From positions 64,001 through 128,000 of the IMG/VR virus record IMGVR_UViG_3300044692_000034: 64,000 nucleotides of DNA; one strand, written 5' to 3'. The stretch comes from a virus. A program made the translations under genes and the position numbers. The notes beneath the pieces are model-generated. The model was not told the origin of the DNA and did no database searches. It saw only the letters and a program-made list of their open reading frames with translations. Below are positions 36,869 through 46,203 of the stretch, in pieces; position 1 is the stretch's first letter; the number at the start of each line of letters is the position of its first letter.

Positions 36869-37195
36869 TTACGTCCACGCCGCTGTCGGCCGCGACCCTG
36901 CGATCTTTTTCGCCTCATACCAGTCCCCCCTCACGATGAACTTGATCTGTGCGCCGTTGACGATAAAACGATTACTCGCTCGGTCGTACTTGATCTCGTC
37001 GTCGCGGAACTCTTTGCGTAGCTCCACCTCAACCATGCGGCGCTGCTGCTCCGCGTGCGCAAGCGTGTGCGAGAGCACCACCACGTACGCATGCGGCGTG
37101 TCTCGCACGTGCTCCGCCACTGCTCGCACTGCGGCTAGACGCTTTCCGTTACGCCTACCTAGCTGATAGTCGAGTTCTGCTTCCAGCATGCCCAT
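36869..37195 (-). CDS. short terminase-ATPase-like fragment
   Basis: GRRNGK, VVVLSHT...AE, NGAQIKF; ends where the Walker B would be. Confidence 0.45.
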   Translation of the reverse strand: MGMLEAELDYQLGRRNGKRLAAVRAVAEHVRDTPHAYVVVLSHTLAHAEQQRRMVEVELRKEFRDDEIKYDRASNRFIVNGAQIKFIVRGDWYEAKKIAGSRPTAAWT

Positions 37196-37424
37196 GCCGG
37201 AATGCTCGCACAGAAGACCGCCGGCCGCCCTAAGGCGGCCGGCTGAGTCAAGCCCTCACTCACTCCGACGAAGTCCCGTCAACACCCGTAGCCGATGCGG
37301 CAGAGTCCGATCAGAGAGCGACGTTCGAAGGTATTGGTATCGGTGCTGCCGAGCAGCGTACCAAAGACACCACGACCCGAGCCTAAGCCCGGGTCGTGGC
37401 ACTACACCTGCCGCCGGCGAACAG

Positions 37425-37961
37425 CTAGTACGTCGTCGTCACCGGGCCGGAGACGACGTTGATGTCGATCGCGGGGAACCCGTCCAGGAAGTCCGGCGTC
37501 AGATCGACGACCCACTCCTTCGCGACGCCGTGCTTCGGGTGGTCCACGTCGCGGCAGTACGCCACGATGTGGTCCTCCCAGATGTTGCCGTACGCGTTCG
37601 TGCCCGTGATGTGCGTACCACTCGGGTCGACTGGCGTGCCGATGGAATGCACCTTGCCCTTCGCGCACGTCGCGAGGTCGAACTGGCCGACGAGCCCACC
37701 GGACGACGTCAGGCTCGCGTCGACGCCGTCGATCGCGGCGCAGTCGGCATCGCCAGCCGTGGTGAGCGCGTTGATGTCCGCCTGGTTGACGCTCACCGGA
37801 TTCGCCACCGTGCCGGGCGGACGCCCGTTCAGCGACGCCTTGAACTGGAGGCCGTGGCACTGGTTGTACGGCTTCGTCGGGTTCGCGTGAGCGACCCCGG
37901 GTGCGACGAGCGCGAGCGCCGCAGCGCCCACGGTCACAAAGGCGCGCATGCCCTTGAACAT
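37425..37961 (-). CDS. secreted hypothetical protein
   Basis: AGGAGG RBS; signal peptide with AHA cleavage site. Confidence 0.7.
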   Translation of the reverse strand: MFKGMRAFVTVGAAALALVAPGVAHANPTKPYNQCHGLQFKASLNGRPPGTVANPVSVNQADINALTTAGDADCAAIDGVDASLTSSGGLVGQFDLATCAKGKVHSIGTPVDPSGTHITGTNAYGNIWEDHIVAYCRDVDHPKHGVAKEWVVDLTPDFLDGFPAIDINVVSGPVTTTY

Positions 37962-38084
37962 GTGATCCTCCTGGATCGTGCCGGGCTGCTCCCCATTAGA
38001 ACAGCCCTACCAGTTGGGTTCGTGCACTCGACCCCGAGAGCACGTCCGGATACCCGGCGGGCACTCTCCCACAGCACCACCATG

Positions 38085-38114
38085 AACGCAAACGGGCCGC
38101 ATCTCTGCGGCCCG
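38085..38114 (-). terminator. intrinsic terminator downstream of the tRNA
   Basis: CGGGCCGCA-GAGA-TGCGGCCCG followed by TTTGCGTT. Confidence 0.55.
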
Positions 38115-38190
38115 ATCGCTCACTGCCCGATGTAGTAGTGACTTGGCGGACGGGCTGATCACCGACGCCCGTAGGCGTCCCCGTCCGATG

Positions 38191-38264
<74 letters not shown>

Positions 38265-38286
38265 ACGGGGAGGAGAAGGTACACGG

Positions 38287-41016
38287 TTACATGAGAACCC
38301 ACAACCACGTCGGCGCAACCGAGTACGTCAACTTGATGAAGTGGCCGTTTGGGACTGGCACCCACCCCGACGTCACGCCCATGTCGACGCCATCGACCTC
38401 TATCTTCGTCACCGTGCCGCCCGTGACCTGCACCATCGCGCTGCGGCCGAAGTCGTTCACCTGCTCCACGGTGGTCGCTGGGACCGCTAGCACATCGCCT
38501 CCGGTGACCGGCCCGAGGTACCGGTTCATGTCCTCGATGACGATGTTCTGGCCACCCAGCTTGGACGGCTTCAGTAGCTCGTTGTGGCTGAAGTTGATCC
38601 GCCCGACCAGTGCGTTGTTCTGGTCGACGATGTGCGTGCCGTGGCTGGTCTCGATGTTCATCTGCTCGATGACGAGTGGGAAGCGGCAGCCGGCCGGCGC
38701 GTCTGTCTCAAACGCGTGCGTTGCCTCTTCGACGCTCATGTTCACGATGGTCGCGCCGTGGTACGCCACCGACCCGAGCCCGAACACGCCACCCGCCGAG
38801 ACGCAGTACACGCTCGCCCACCGCAGGCACGCAAGGTGGTCGGTGACCGTACCGGCGTAGTAGAAGTCCTGGCAGCCGTAACTGATCGACACACAGTTGT
38901 CGTTCTCGTTGACGTCGGGGAGCTTGCGGCCCATACCCTGCTGGTTGGTGGGGCGCCGCGCGTTCATCTGGCTGGCGGTGCGGCCGGTAAGCGCCGTGAA
39001 GTTACCTTCGCTGAACTGTGCGACGTGCTGGAGGTTGAGCGCGCAGAAGCACGGGTTCGCCGGCGCAATGATCTTGAAGCCGCTGTACGAGAACAAGACG
39101 TTCGTGTAGTGGCCGGTCATGCCGTTGTCATCGAGGACGCTGACGTCCTGCACGGTCGGGCCTCCGATGAAGCTCGGCACACCCCAGTCGTCGTCGAAGT
39201 CCTGTCCGACGATGCACGCGTACAGGCAGACGCCGTCGTGCTGCCCTGTCTGCTGGTTCCAATGGTTCCAAGCCGAGCCCTCGTCGACGCCGACTATCCT
39301 CCCAGAGAACTTTTGGTCGGTGTCGGCTTGGATCCAGATCGGCAGCGCCATGTTCCCGAGCGTCGGGCCGCCAACGATCAGGTCAGGCTTGAACATGTAG
39401 CCGCCGACGGAGAGCTTCATCTCGGCGTTGTTCGTGCCGTCTCCGGTTGCGTCGCAGTGTTTCGCATAGGCGTCCGCCATGCAGTCGAGGAACGCTTGCG
39501 TGTCGTCGGTGCCGTACACCGCGCGCTCTCCGGCAACTGCGGATGTTGCGGCGTCCGTGAGCACCACCGTGTTCTCATCGATGACGCTCGCGATGGTCGT
39601 CAGGTGCTCAAGACCGTCGGTGTCCCAATCGGAGCCGGCTCCGTCGACCATGATTGCCTTGCCGACGTCGGCTGTCGTGAAGCTCGCGCTTGCGCTCGAC
39701 AGATGCGTCTTCGTGCCGGACGAGATCACCACGTCCTGGAGGACGAAGGCGTCACGCTTGGCGCCGTAGTCCTCGGGGAAGTACCTGTTGCGGCCGACGT
39801 CGTCTCGTGTGTCGGGGTAGAGCGGAACCCACTCGTCGCCGATCTGCTCGGACGAGCGGTACCGCCGCCCCAGGCTGTTCGACGCGCTCGACGGGTTGGC
39901 GGGTGTTACCGCATTCGAGTTCGCCGACCCTGAGCCGTCGTCGTTCGTGGCCGTAACGACACACCTGATCGACTTGCCGATGTCGTCGGACGTGATCGTG
40001 TACGTGGAGTCAGTGGCGTCGGTAATGTTGACGCCGTTGCGCTGCCACTGGTACGTGAAGCCCGTCGGACTGTGCGTCCACGTGCCGTTCGTCGTCGTGA
40101 GCGTGGAGCCCGTTGTCAGGCTGCCGGAGACGGCCGGCGCCACGGTGTTCGCCGGCGCCAAGCTCGGCGCTGTCGGCGTCACCGTGTTCGAGTCGGCGCT
40201 CGCCGACCCTTGCGTGTTGGTCGCTGTCACGGTGCACTTGATGGAGTGCCCCTCGTCTCCGCCGACGAGCGTGTAGGTGTTGCCCGTCTCGCCTGAGATG
40301 TTGGCGCCGTCCCTCTTCCACTGTTTCGTGAACGTTGGGCTCGGGGAGCCGGACCATGACCCGTTGTTGCACGTCAGCACGTTGCCGGTCGTGGCCGTGC
40401 CCGTGATAGCCGGCTCGACGGTGTTTGCCGGTGCGCTGTCTCCGCCGCTTGGCATGGTGACGAGCGCGTCCACACCGTAGTGCGTGTGGTTGAACGTGTC
40501 GAACTGGATTGTGGACGGTGGCTCCGATGGGTCTGCGGGCGTAAATCCCTTGAATAGGCCGTTGTTGAGGCCGTCGCCGCCGGTAGTGGCTGTCAGGTTC
40601 CCATCGTCGGGGGAGTCGACCTCGTTGTCGAACACGTGCGCCTTGAACGCGTAGCCGCCGTTCGGGAGGTACACGGCGACGACGTAGTACGTCCCCGACG
40701 GAAACGGGTCTATGTCGATTGGGTCGTCGAGGAGCACCTCGTTCCACTCGCCGTGCGCGAGCCCCGTCGGGAACGCCTTCACGGCGACCAGCTCGGCGTC
40801 CGAGTGCAGGATCGCTGTGTGATCGAACGAATACACGTAGGCGTAGCAGCCGGCCATGTTCTCGGCACCCGTGCCGGGGAAGATGCGCACGCCGTCGAGT
40901 GTCGCTCCGCTGTCGCCGTTGATCACGGCTATCTGCGTACCGACGACGATCGCCGAGTGGTCGGTGTCGTTGCTGTAGCCGACGAGGTCGTCGCTACCGA
41001 AGACGCTAATGCTCAT
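38287..41016 (-). CDS. tail fibre/spike: DUF4082-like domain + two Ig-like repeats + beta-helix-like region
   Basis: PANTVEPAITG/PANTVAPAVSG repeats; PEDYGAK...YGTDDTQAF pectate-lyase-like lead-in. Confidence 0.7.
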   Translation of the reverse strand: MSISVFGSDDLVGYSNDTDHSAIVVGTQIAVINGDSGATLDGVRIFPGTGAENMAGCYAYVYSFDHTAILHSDAELVAVKAFPTGLAHGEWNEVLLDDPIDIDPFPSGTYYVVAVYLPNGGYAFKAHVFDNEVDSPDDGNLTATTGGDGLNNGLFKGFTPADPSEPPSTIQFDTFNHTHYGVDALVTMPSGGDSAPANTVEPAITGTATTGNVLTCNNGSWSGSPSPTFTKQWKRDGANISGETGNTYTLVGGDEGHSIKCTVTATNTQGSASADSNTVTPTAPSLAPANTVAPAVSGSLTTGSTLTTTNGTWTHSPTGFTYQWQRNGVNITDATDSTYTITSDDIGKSIRCVVTATNDDGSGSANSNAVTPANPSSASNSLGRRYRSSEQIGDEWVPLYPDTRDDVGRNRYFPEDYGAKRDAFVLQDVVISSGTKTHLSSASASFTTADVGKAIMVDGAGSDWDTDGLEHLTTIASVIDENTVVLTDAATSAVAGERAVYGTDDTQAFLDCMADAYAKHCDATGDGTNNAEMKLSVGGYMFKPDLIVGGPTLGNMALPIWIQADTDQKFSGRIVGVDEGSAWNHWNQQTGQHDGVCLYACIVGQDFDDDWGVPSFIGGPTVQDVSVLDDNGMTGHYTNVLFSYSGFKIIAPANPCFCALNLQHVAQFSEGNFTALTGRTASQMNARRPTNQQGMGRKLPDVNENDNCVSISYGCQDFYYAGTVTDHLACLRWASVYCVSAGGVFGLGSVAYHGATIVNMSVEEATHAFETDAPAGCRFPLVIEQMNIETSHGTHIVDQNNALVGRINFSHNELLKPSKLGGQNIVIEDMNRYLGPVTGGDVLAVPATTVEQVNDFGRSAMVQVTGGTVTKIEVDGVDMGVTSGWVPVPNGHFIKLTYSVAPTWLWVLM

Positions 41017-41426
41017 GTGAGTCTCTGAATCCAGATCGTCTTGGGGTCGTAATCGGTTGGGTCTGGTTCTGCGTCATCGGGGTCGGTGACAACCATTCCC
41101 GCGCTTGTCCCCTGGCCGTTGGTCCAGTTCCCCTCGCCGTCCAGGACGAGCGCCTGCCCTGCCTGCGGGTCGCTCATCTGGACAACGACGACCTCGTTCC
41201 AGGTCGTGTCGTGCCCTGAGTTCGCTGTGCCGATCCTGTGGAGCTGCCACAAGTGGTCGAGCGCTTCAATGAACGCGTTGTCGCGCTCATTGATGGCGAA
41301 GAAAGACTGCCCCGCGAACAAGCTCGCCAGCGACACCGCAGCACGCCCATCCTGCGGGTTTACATAGTCGAGACCGTCGCCTGGTCCGCGCCCGGGCTTG
41401 TACGCGTACTTGATGTAGGTGGCCAC
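41013..41426 (-). CDS. putative virion accessory protein
   Basis: Stop overlaps the fibre start; IWIQ C-terminus. Confidence 0.55.
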   Translation of the reverse strand: MATYIKYAYKPGRGPGDGLDYVNPQDGRAAVSLASLFAGQSFFAINERDNAFIEALDHLWQLHRIGTANSGHDTTWNEVVVVQMSDPQAGQALVLDGEGNWTNGQGTSAGMVVTDPDDAEPDPTDYDPKTIWIQRLT

Positions 41427-41435
41427 GGCCTTGTC

Positions 41436-41867
41436 CTATTTCTGCAATGTCGGCGGATACGGGTACAGGCTGCGACAGAAGCTCTCGATGTCGGCTTGGC
41501 TGCGAGACAACGGCAACCGCTCGGAGATCCTGACTCGCCGTCCGCGCGCATTCTCTGCCGTGGCCTTACTACGCGCATACGCCGCCTTGTCCTTCTGCCG
41601 TAGGAGGTTGCCGACGTCGTTCGCTAGCGAGATTAGGTCGGTGTTTGCGTCGTAGGACTCAAAGTCGCGTGAGACTCCACGTGCGCATCCGTCGCGAAGT
41701 TGGTCGGTTTGCGCAACTTGGCTCGCACGAGCCGCGTCACGCACATCAGCACGCGTCTTGACACCAAGAGCCCACACGGCGATGACGAGTGCACCGACAG
41801 CCGCGAGCATTGCAATGAACAACTTGGCGACCATGCGTGTGCTCTTATTTCTGTCGTCTTCGCTCAT
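41436..41867 (-). CDS. single-TM membrane protein (lysis cassette)
   Basis: One TM plus a helical domain with two Cys. Confidence 0.6.
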   Translation of the reverse strand: MSEDDRNKSTRMVAKLFIAMLAAVGALVIAVWALGVKTRADVRDAARASQVAQTDQLRDGCARGVSRDFESYDANTDLISLANDVGNLLRQKDKAAYARSKATAENARGRRVRISERLPLSRSQADIESFCRSLYPYPPTLQK

Positions 41868-42283
41868 AGCTTCGGCCCTGTGACCTTCTCGCTCGCGTAC
41901 TGATGACATGTCAACGGCCCGGTGTAGTCCGGCGTCTTGATGAGCGGCGGGACGTGCGGGTACCGGCGCTGCGCGGCTGTAATCACGCGCGGCGGTACGT
42001 TGAGATCGCGGAGCAGGTTGATGGTCGCGTCCGTTTGCGCGTTCGTCCGCTCACATGCGTCGACGGTTTGGCTCCAGCGTTGGCCCTGGTACAGCATCGC
42101 TGAGATCACGAATGTCACGGCTGCAATGACGATCGCAGCGCATACTGCTTTGACGACCTTGCCGTACCTGGCGTCTAGGTCACGCCGATACGCGCCCATC
42201 GACGACACCAACTCGTCGATGCGGTCACGTTTCGCACCATCTTGCCTGTCGTCTCCTGGTCCGGTCTTGATGTCGCGGCTCAC
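41864..42283 (-). CDS. single-TM membrane protein (lysis cassette)
   Basis: One TM plus two Cys; GTGA coupling. Confidence 0.55.
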   Translation of the reverse strand: MSRDIKTGPGDDRQDGAKRDRIDELVSSMGAYRRDLDARYGKVVKAVCAAIVIAAVTFVISAMLYQGQRWSQTVDACERTNAQTDATINLLRDLNVPPRVITAAQRRYPHVPPLIKTPDYTGPLTCHQYASEKVTGPKL

Positions 42284-42426
42284 TGTCGCCACCTCCGTAG
42301 CTCCATGACCACGCCCGGGACCAACAACAGGACTACGAACACGATGGCCCAGGATTCCATCGAGTCCGGAAAGGCTCTCCACAACAGGCCACACAGGGCG
42401 GTCACTCCCGTGAACCAGAAGGTCAT
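42280..42426 (-). CDS. 48-aa 2-TM membrane protein
   Basis: MTFWFTGVTALCGLLW...; coupled by ATGA/GTGA on both sides. Confidence 0.5.
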   Translation of the reverse strand: MTFWFTGVTALCGLLWRAFPDSMESWAIVFVVLLLVPGVVMELRRWRQ

Positions 42427-42701
42427 ACCTTTAGTTCCTCTTCTAGGGCTGGCGGATCGGCCGGTGGGATAGGGGGCGCGGGCGGACGCCTTAGCTCGCC
42501 AAGCGCGTCCGCTCCCTGTCCCACGGCCAACAGCCCGCCAAACACGGTCACGAATAGTGGTTCGACGATATGGTCGGGGGTAACGACCCACACCACGAAG
42601 CAGGCGACCAAACCGATCATTCCGAACAGGCGCAGACCGGCTGTGCTCCATTCGGACAGCGACTTGGGTGTCATTACCCGTCGTGATGGCGACTCCTTCA
42701 C
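42423..42701 (-). CDS. holin-like 2-TM protein
   Basis: Two TMs; immediately downstream of the endolysin. Confidence 0.55.
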   Translation of the reverse strand: MKESPSRRVMTPKSLSEWSTAGLRLFGMIGLVACFVVWVVTPDHIVEPLFVTVFGGLLAVGQGADALGELRRPPAPPIPPADPPALEEELKV

Positions 42702-42739
42702 CGTTTCCCCCTGACACCGGACTTATCCCCCTCGACTGC

Positions 42740-43552
42740 CTACCGGCAGTATTCGTGGCGGCGGTCGGCCGCGCGCTCCTTCTCGACGGCGTTGCGCTTC
42801 TCCGGGTTGCGGATGAGGTTCTGGATGTTGCTGCTCATCCCGCCGGAGACGTTGTCAGCCTGACTGCTGCCGATGCCGAGGATGTACGCCGCCCAGGCGC
42901 CGTTCTGCTTCGTCTCGGTGCCGTACGTGCCGTCGACGGTGACGCGACGGTCCTTGCGGCCGCAGCCATCTGCGCGGTCGTTGATGGACTCTTGGAGCGC
43001 CGAGACGTCCCGGCCTGTCATGCCAAGAGTCAGGTTCCGGTACGCCGCCTCCTGCGGGTACGGGACTCGCACGGCGCCCACCACCAGCGTGCGCGAGCGG
43101 GTGCGCTTGTACACGCCGCCGCCGTTGTTCTGGGAGCCGGCGGCCCCTGCGCTCGTGTTGCCCTCGATGCACGTGACGGTGGTGCTCGTCTTGCTCACGA
43201 GCACACCGACGTGGTCGGAGGGGTCATGGCTCACGCCCGGCCACTTGAAGTAGATGAAGTCGCCGGGTTGCGCGTCGTCGACATGGATGGGTCGGTAGTC
43301 GCCGAACCCGTTCATGACGTCCGGCGTGAAGCCCGTCGTGATCTGCTTGCAGCCGCCGTGCACCGCGACAGCGTTCGCGAAGCACTGGCACCACGGCACG
43401 CCCACGGCCGCGTTCTTCACCCACGGGTAGCCGGAGTCGATCTCCCACTGCGTGATGCCGTCCTGCCCGGGTCCCTTGTTCGAGCCGGGCGGGCTCTCCA
43501 CGACCTTGTTGACGCGGTTGCTTGCCCACTCGAGGGCGTGACTGGCGCTCAC
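42740..43552 (-). CDS. endolysin (CHAP domain + PG-binding-like region)
   Basis: PWCQCF, PGDFIYF, DHVG, IEGNTS; L.LGMTG.DV.ALQ...VDG.YG.ET. Confidence 0.85.
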   Translation of the reverse strand: MSASHALEWASNRVNKVVESPPGSNKGPGQDGITQWEIDSGYPWVKNAAVGVPWCQCFANAVAVHGGCKQITTGFTPDVMNGFGDYRPIHVDDAQPGDFIYFKWPGVSHDPSDHVGVLVSKTSTTVTCIEGNTSAGAAGSQNNGGGVYKRTRSRTLVVGAVRVPYPQEAAYRNLTLGMTGRDVSALQESINDRADGCGRKDRRVTVDGTYGTETKQNGAWAAYILGIGSSQADNVSGGMSSNIQNLIRNPEKRNAVEKERAADRRHEYCR

Positions 43553-44100
43553 GGTGCCACCCCCGCCCACTCCGGCGGCTTCTCGCTCGGCGGGACGCTA
43601 CCGGCCGGTACCTCGAGCGACAGGTCCGTGGGCGCACCGATGACGGGTTCCGTGGGCGCGCTGGACGGAACGGGAGCCGACGAATGCGGAGCCATGTCGT
43701 CGGCTGCTCGCGTTGTCTGCGCGCGCTTCCGTTCGCCGTCGAGGTAGTCAGCCAAGACCATGCGCATGACGCCCTCGACGTCGCCGAGGTTGGGGTACGC
43801 CGTCTGCTGCACATGACCGACGAGCGGTTCGAGCGCGTGCGTCGTCAGCTCTGTCGTGGGTGGCGCTGACTGCGCGGCGATGGCGAGGTTGGCCTGCTTG
43901 TAGCGGCCGATCATCGTCACGACGGCGAGGACGATGGAGATCGTCCCGCCGCCTACGGTGCCGAGCGTCTGCTGCGAATGGTCACCGAAGATGAACGCGA
44001 GCACGGCTGCGGCGAATCCGCCGGCCGTGAACGTGATGCCGAGCTTGGTTGCGACTCCGATGACTCGCTGCTCGGGGGTTTGCGTGTCCTGAACAGACAC
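43549..44100 (-). CDS. putative holin
   Basis: Two N-terminal TMs; coupled to the endolysin start. Confidence 0.6.
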   Translation of the reverse strand: MSVQDTQTPEQRVIGVATKLGITFTAGGFAAAVLAFIFGDHSQQTLGTVGGGTISIVLAVVTMIGRYKQANLAIAAQSAPPTTELTTHALEPLVGHVQQTAYPNLGDVEGVMRMVLADYLDGERKRAQTTRAADDMAPHSSAPVPSSAPTEPVIGAPTDLSLEVPAGSVPPSEKPPEWAGVAP

Positions 44101-44127
44101 GAGACTGGTCCTCCTCTGTAGTTTTGG

Positions 44128-46203
44128 TCATATCGACTTCTGGCCTGTTACGACCGCTAGGCGCTGGAGTAGCGCTTCGAAGCCCTCGCGGTTTTCGTCG
44201 AGGGACACGCTCGCTGTGAGCGTGTCGTGCGTGTAGGAGACGGCCGCGATCGTCCCATCGCGGCCCCACCCGCCGGTGTCGGGGTCGATCCTGTGGGAAC
44301 AGCGAACGAGTTCTCCAACGACGAGGTGTGCCGGGTCAATCGAGACGCCCGTGAAGATGTCGCGGACACCGCCGAGCCCCACAGCCTGGAACGACCCCTT
44401 GAATGGAATGGTCCGGTTTGACTGCAGGAACAGGTCTCCGATCCGGGCTCCCACAGCGGTGGTAATAGCCGAAGACGCCTCCAGGATTTTTGTGCGCCTA
44501 AACCCTCGGCGGTCCATGAGAGTGCCAGTCGCAACTGCCAAGTACAGGTCATCGACGTACATGGCGATGCCGCTTGTCGGCCCCTCCACGAAGACGTCGA
44601 ATTCGTACGGGCCGTCGTTAGCAACAAAAACAAAGTCGACTTTTGTCCAGGTGTTGAGAGGAAGGTCGGCGTTGCCGAGCAGAAGGGTCCTGTCTGGATC
44701 TTCGTCGAACGGGAACATTGTCAACCCGACTGACGTGACTGACACGGTGCGGTAGAGCCAGATGGACAGCTGGTATGACAGCCCAGGTGTCAACGTCGGG
44801 AACGTTGTCCCGGCGTCGACTCCGCTTGCTCCTGCTGTCATACGTAGGCTGTTCGAGCCCGTGTGCTTCTGCGTGGTGCTCTGCGCGATAGTGCCTGTGT
44901 CCTGAGACCAGCCCGTGGGCACGCCGCCGGTAGCGGACTCCATGCTCGGGTTAGATATGGCCGGCCCGTCCGCCCATGGCGGCCCGGCCTGCGTGCGCTT
45001 GACAGACACGGGGTTACCGTCCGGTCCTGTGCCTTCGACGATGACGCGGTTGTAGAGGTCTTCGCCGGAGTTAGCGGAGGCATCTTGGAAGTCCGTCCCG
45101 CGCCACTCGCCGATCTCGTAGACCGGCACGCTCTGCCTCGGCTTGAACCGCAGTTTACGACCAGGCACGACACGAATGTCGAAGTTTTCGTACGCGTTTA
45201 CGGCCGTAATGACCTCTCGTGGTGTGTGCGCTCCGTCCATCGACAACTCAGGGATGTTGAACGTCCCTGAGTCGATATCGGACAAATCAGCGGAGAGCAA
45301 CGGGGCGGCCTGCGTCAACGCATCTTTGATGACAGTGCCAGCGCGCAAGACGCTCTGCCCGCCACTTTCGTATGCCTTCTTCGCAAAGATACGAATCCCG
45401 GAGATTTGGACCGTCAGATCGACTGTGGGTGTTATGACGCTTGCGTTACCTGCTCTTAGATCGATAGCGATAGCGCGTACTGGCGCACTGCTGTAGTCGA
45501 GGTCAGATGTGTCGCTTGAAACACCAGACGTGAAGTGCGCGAACCGCACCGTGTTGGTCGTGAAATCGTAATCGGCTGGATCATCCTGGCCTGTAATGTT
45601 CACATCGACGTCAACGGTTCCGAATCCGCTTGTAAGCGCCCAATCGATCGAAACGTATTCGATCAGCAAGTCTTCGCCCATGTCGAACACAGCTCCGCAT
45701 GGGTCGCGCAGTAGGCCGGTGCCGTCGATGGCTGTGTTAGCCGGGCGCGTGATACTCAGACCCGCGTCACCGGCCTGAACCTGGCCAGCCGCATGGAACT
45801 CGTACAGCGGTGCCGTGACGCTTGCGCGTACGTCCTGGAAGGAGCTGAGCCTCGTGTGGACGTATCGCATGTAGTAAACGTCGTCGTCAAGGTGGTACTG
45901 CCAGCCTTCGCACTGCACGCTGATCTGCGGGTTCTCGCCATCGTCGATCGGCGTTTCTTTGATGCGGCCGTCCCACACGACCCTGCCGCCCACTTCGATC
46001 TCGACGGGCGTGAACGTGCCTAGGTCGGGGTAGATGCCGCGCGGGTCGCGCTTCAGGATGAACGAGGCCGTATCCGGCCCCATCGCGTTGAACGTGAACT
46101 GAACCTGTTCGGGGAGGACGCCGCGATAGCGATCGATCCCCATTGTCTCCCAGGTCCCGTTGAACGCCTCAACACGAACGGCAATGGAGTGCGGATCGTT
46201 CAT
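44128..46203 (-). CDS. minor tail / baseplate hub protein with carbohydrate-binding-like insert
   Basis: Position after Dit; NPSMES...GWSQ...HTGSNSL CBM-like segment. Confidence 0.7.
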   Translation of the reverse strand: MNDPHSIAVRVEAFNGTWETMGIDRYRGVLPEQVQFTFNAMGPDTASFILKRDPRGIYPDLGTFTPVEIEVGGRVVWDGRIKETPIDDGENPQISVQCEGWQYHLDDDVYYMRYVHTRLSSFQDVRASVTAPLYEFHAAGQVQAGDAGLSITRPANTAIDGTGLLRDPCGAVFDMGEDLLIEYVSIDWALTSGFGTVDVDVNITGQDDPADYDFTTNTVRFAHFTSGVSSDTSDLDYSSAPVRAIAIDLRAGNASVITPTVDLTVQISGIRIFAKKAYESGGQSVLRAGTVIKDALTQAAPLLSADLSDIDSGTFNIPELSMDGAHTPREVITAVNAYENFDIRVVPGRKLRFKPRQSVPVYEIGEWRGTDFQDASANSGEDLYNRVIVEGTGPDGNPVSVKRTQAGPPWADGPAISNPSMESATGGVPTGWSQDTGTIAQSTTQKHTGSNSLRMTAGASGVDAGTTFPTLTPGLSYQLSIWLYRTVSVTSVGLTMFPFDEDPDRTLLLGNADLPLNTWTKVDFVFVANDGPYEFDVFVEGPTSGIAMYVDDLYLAVATGTLMDRRGFRRTKILEASSAITTAVGARIGDLFLQSNRTIPFKGSFQAVGLGGVRDIFTGVSIDPAHLVVGELVRCSHRIDPDTGGWGRDGTIAAVSYTHDTLTASVSLDENREGFEALLQRLAVVTGQKSI

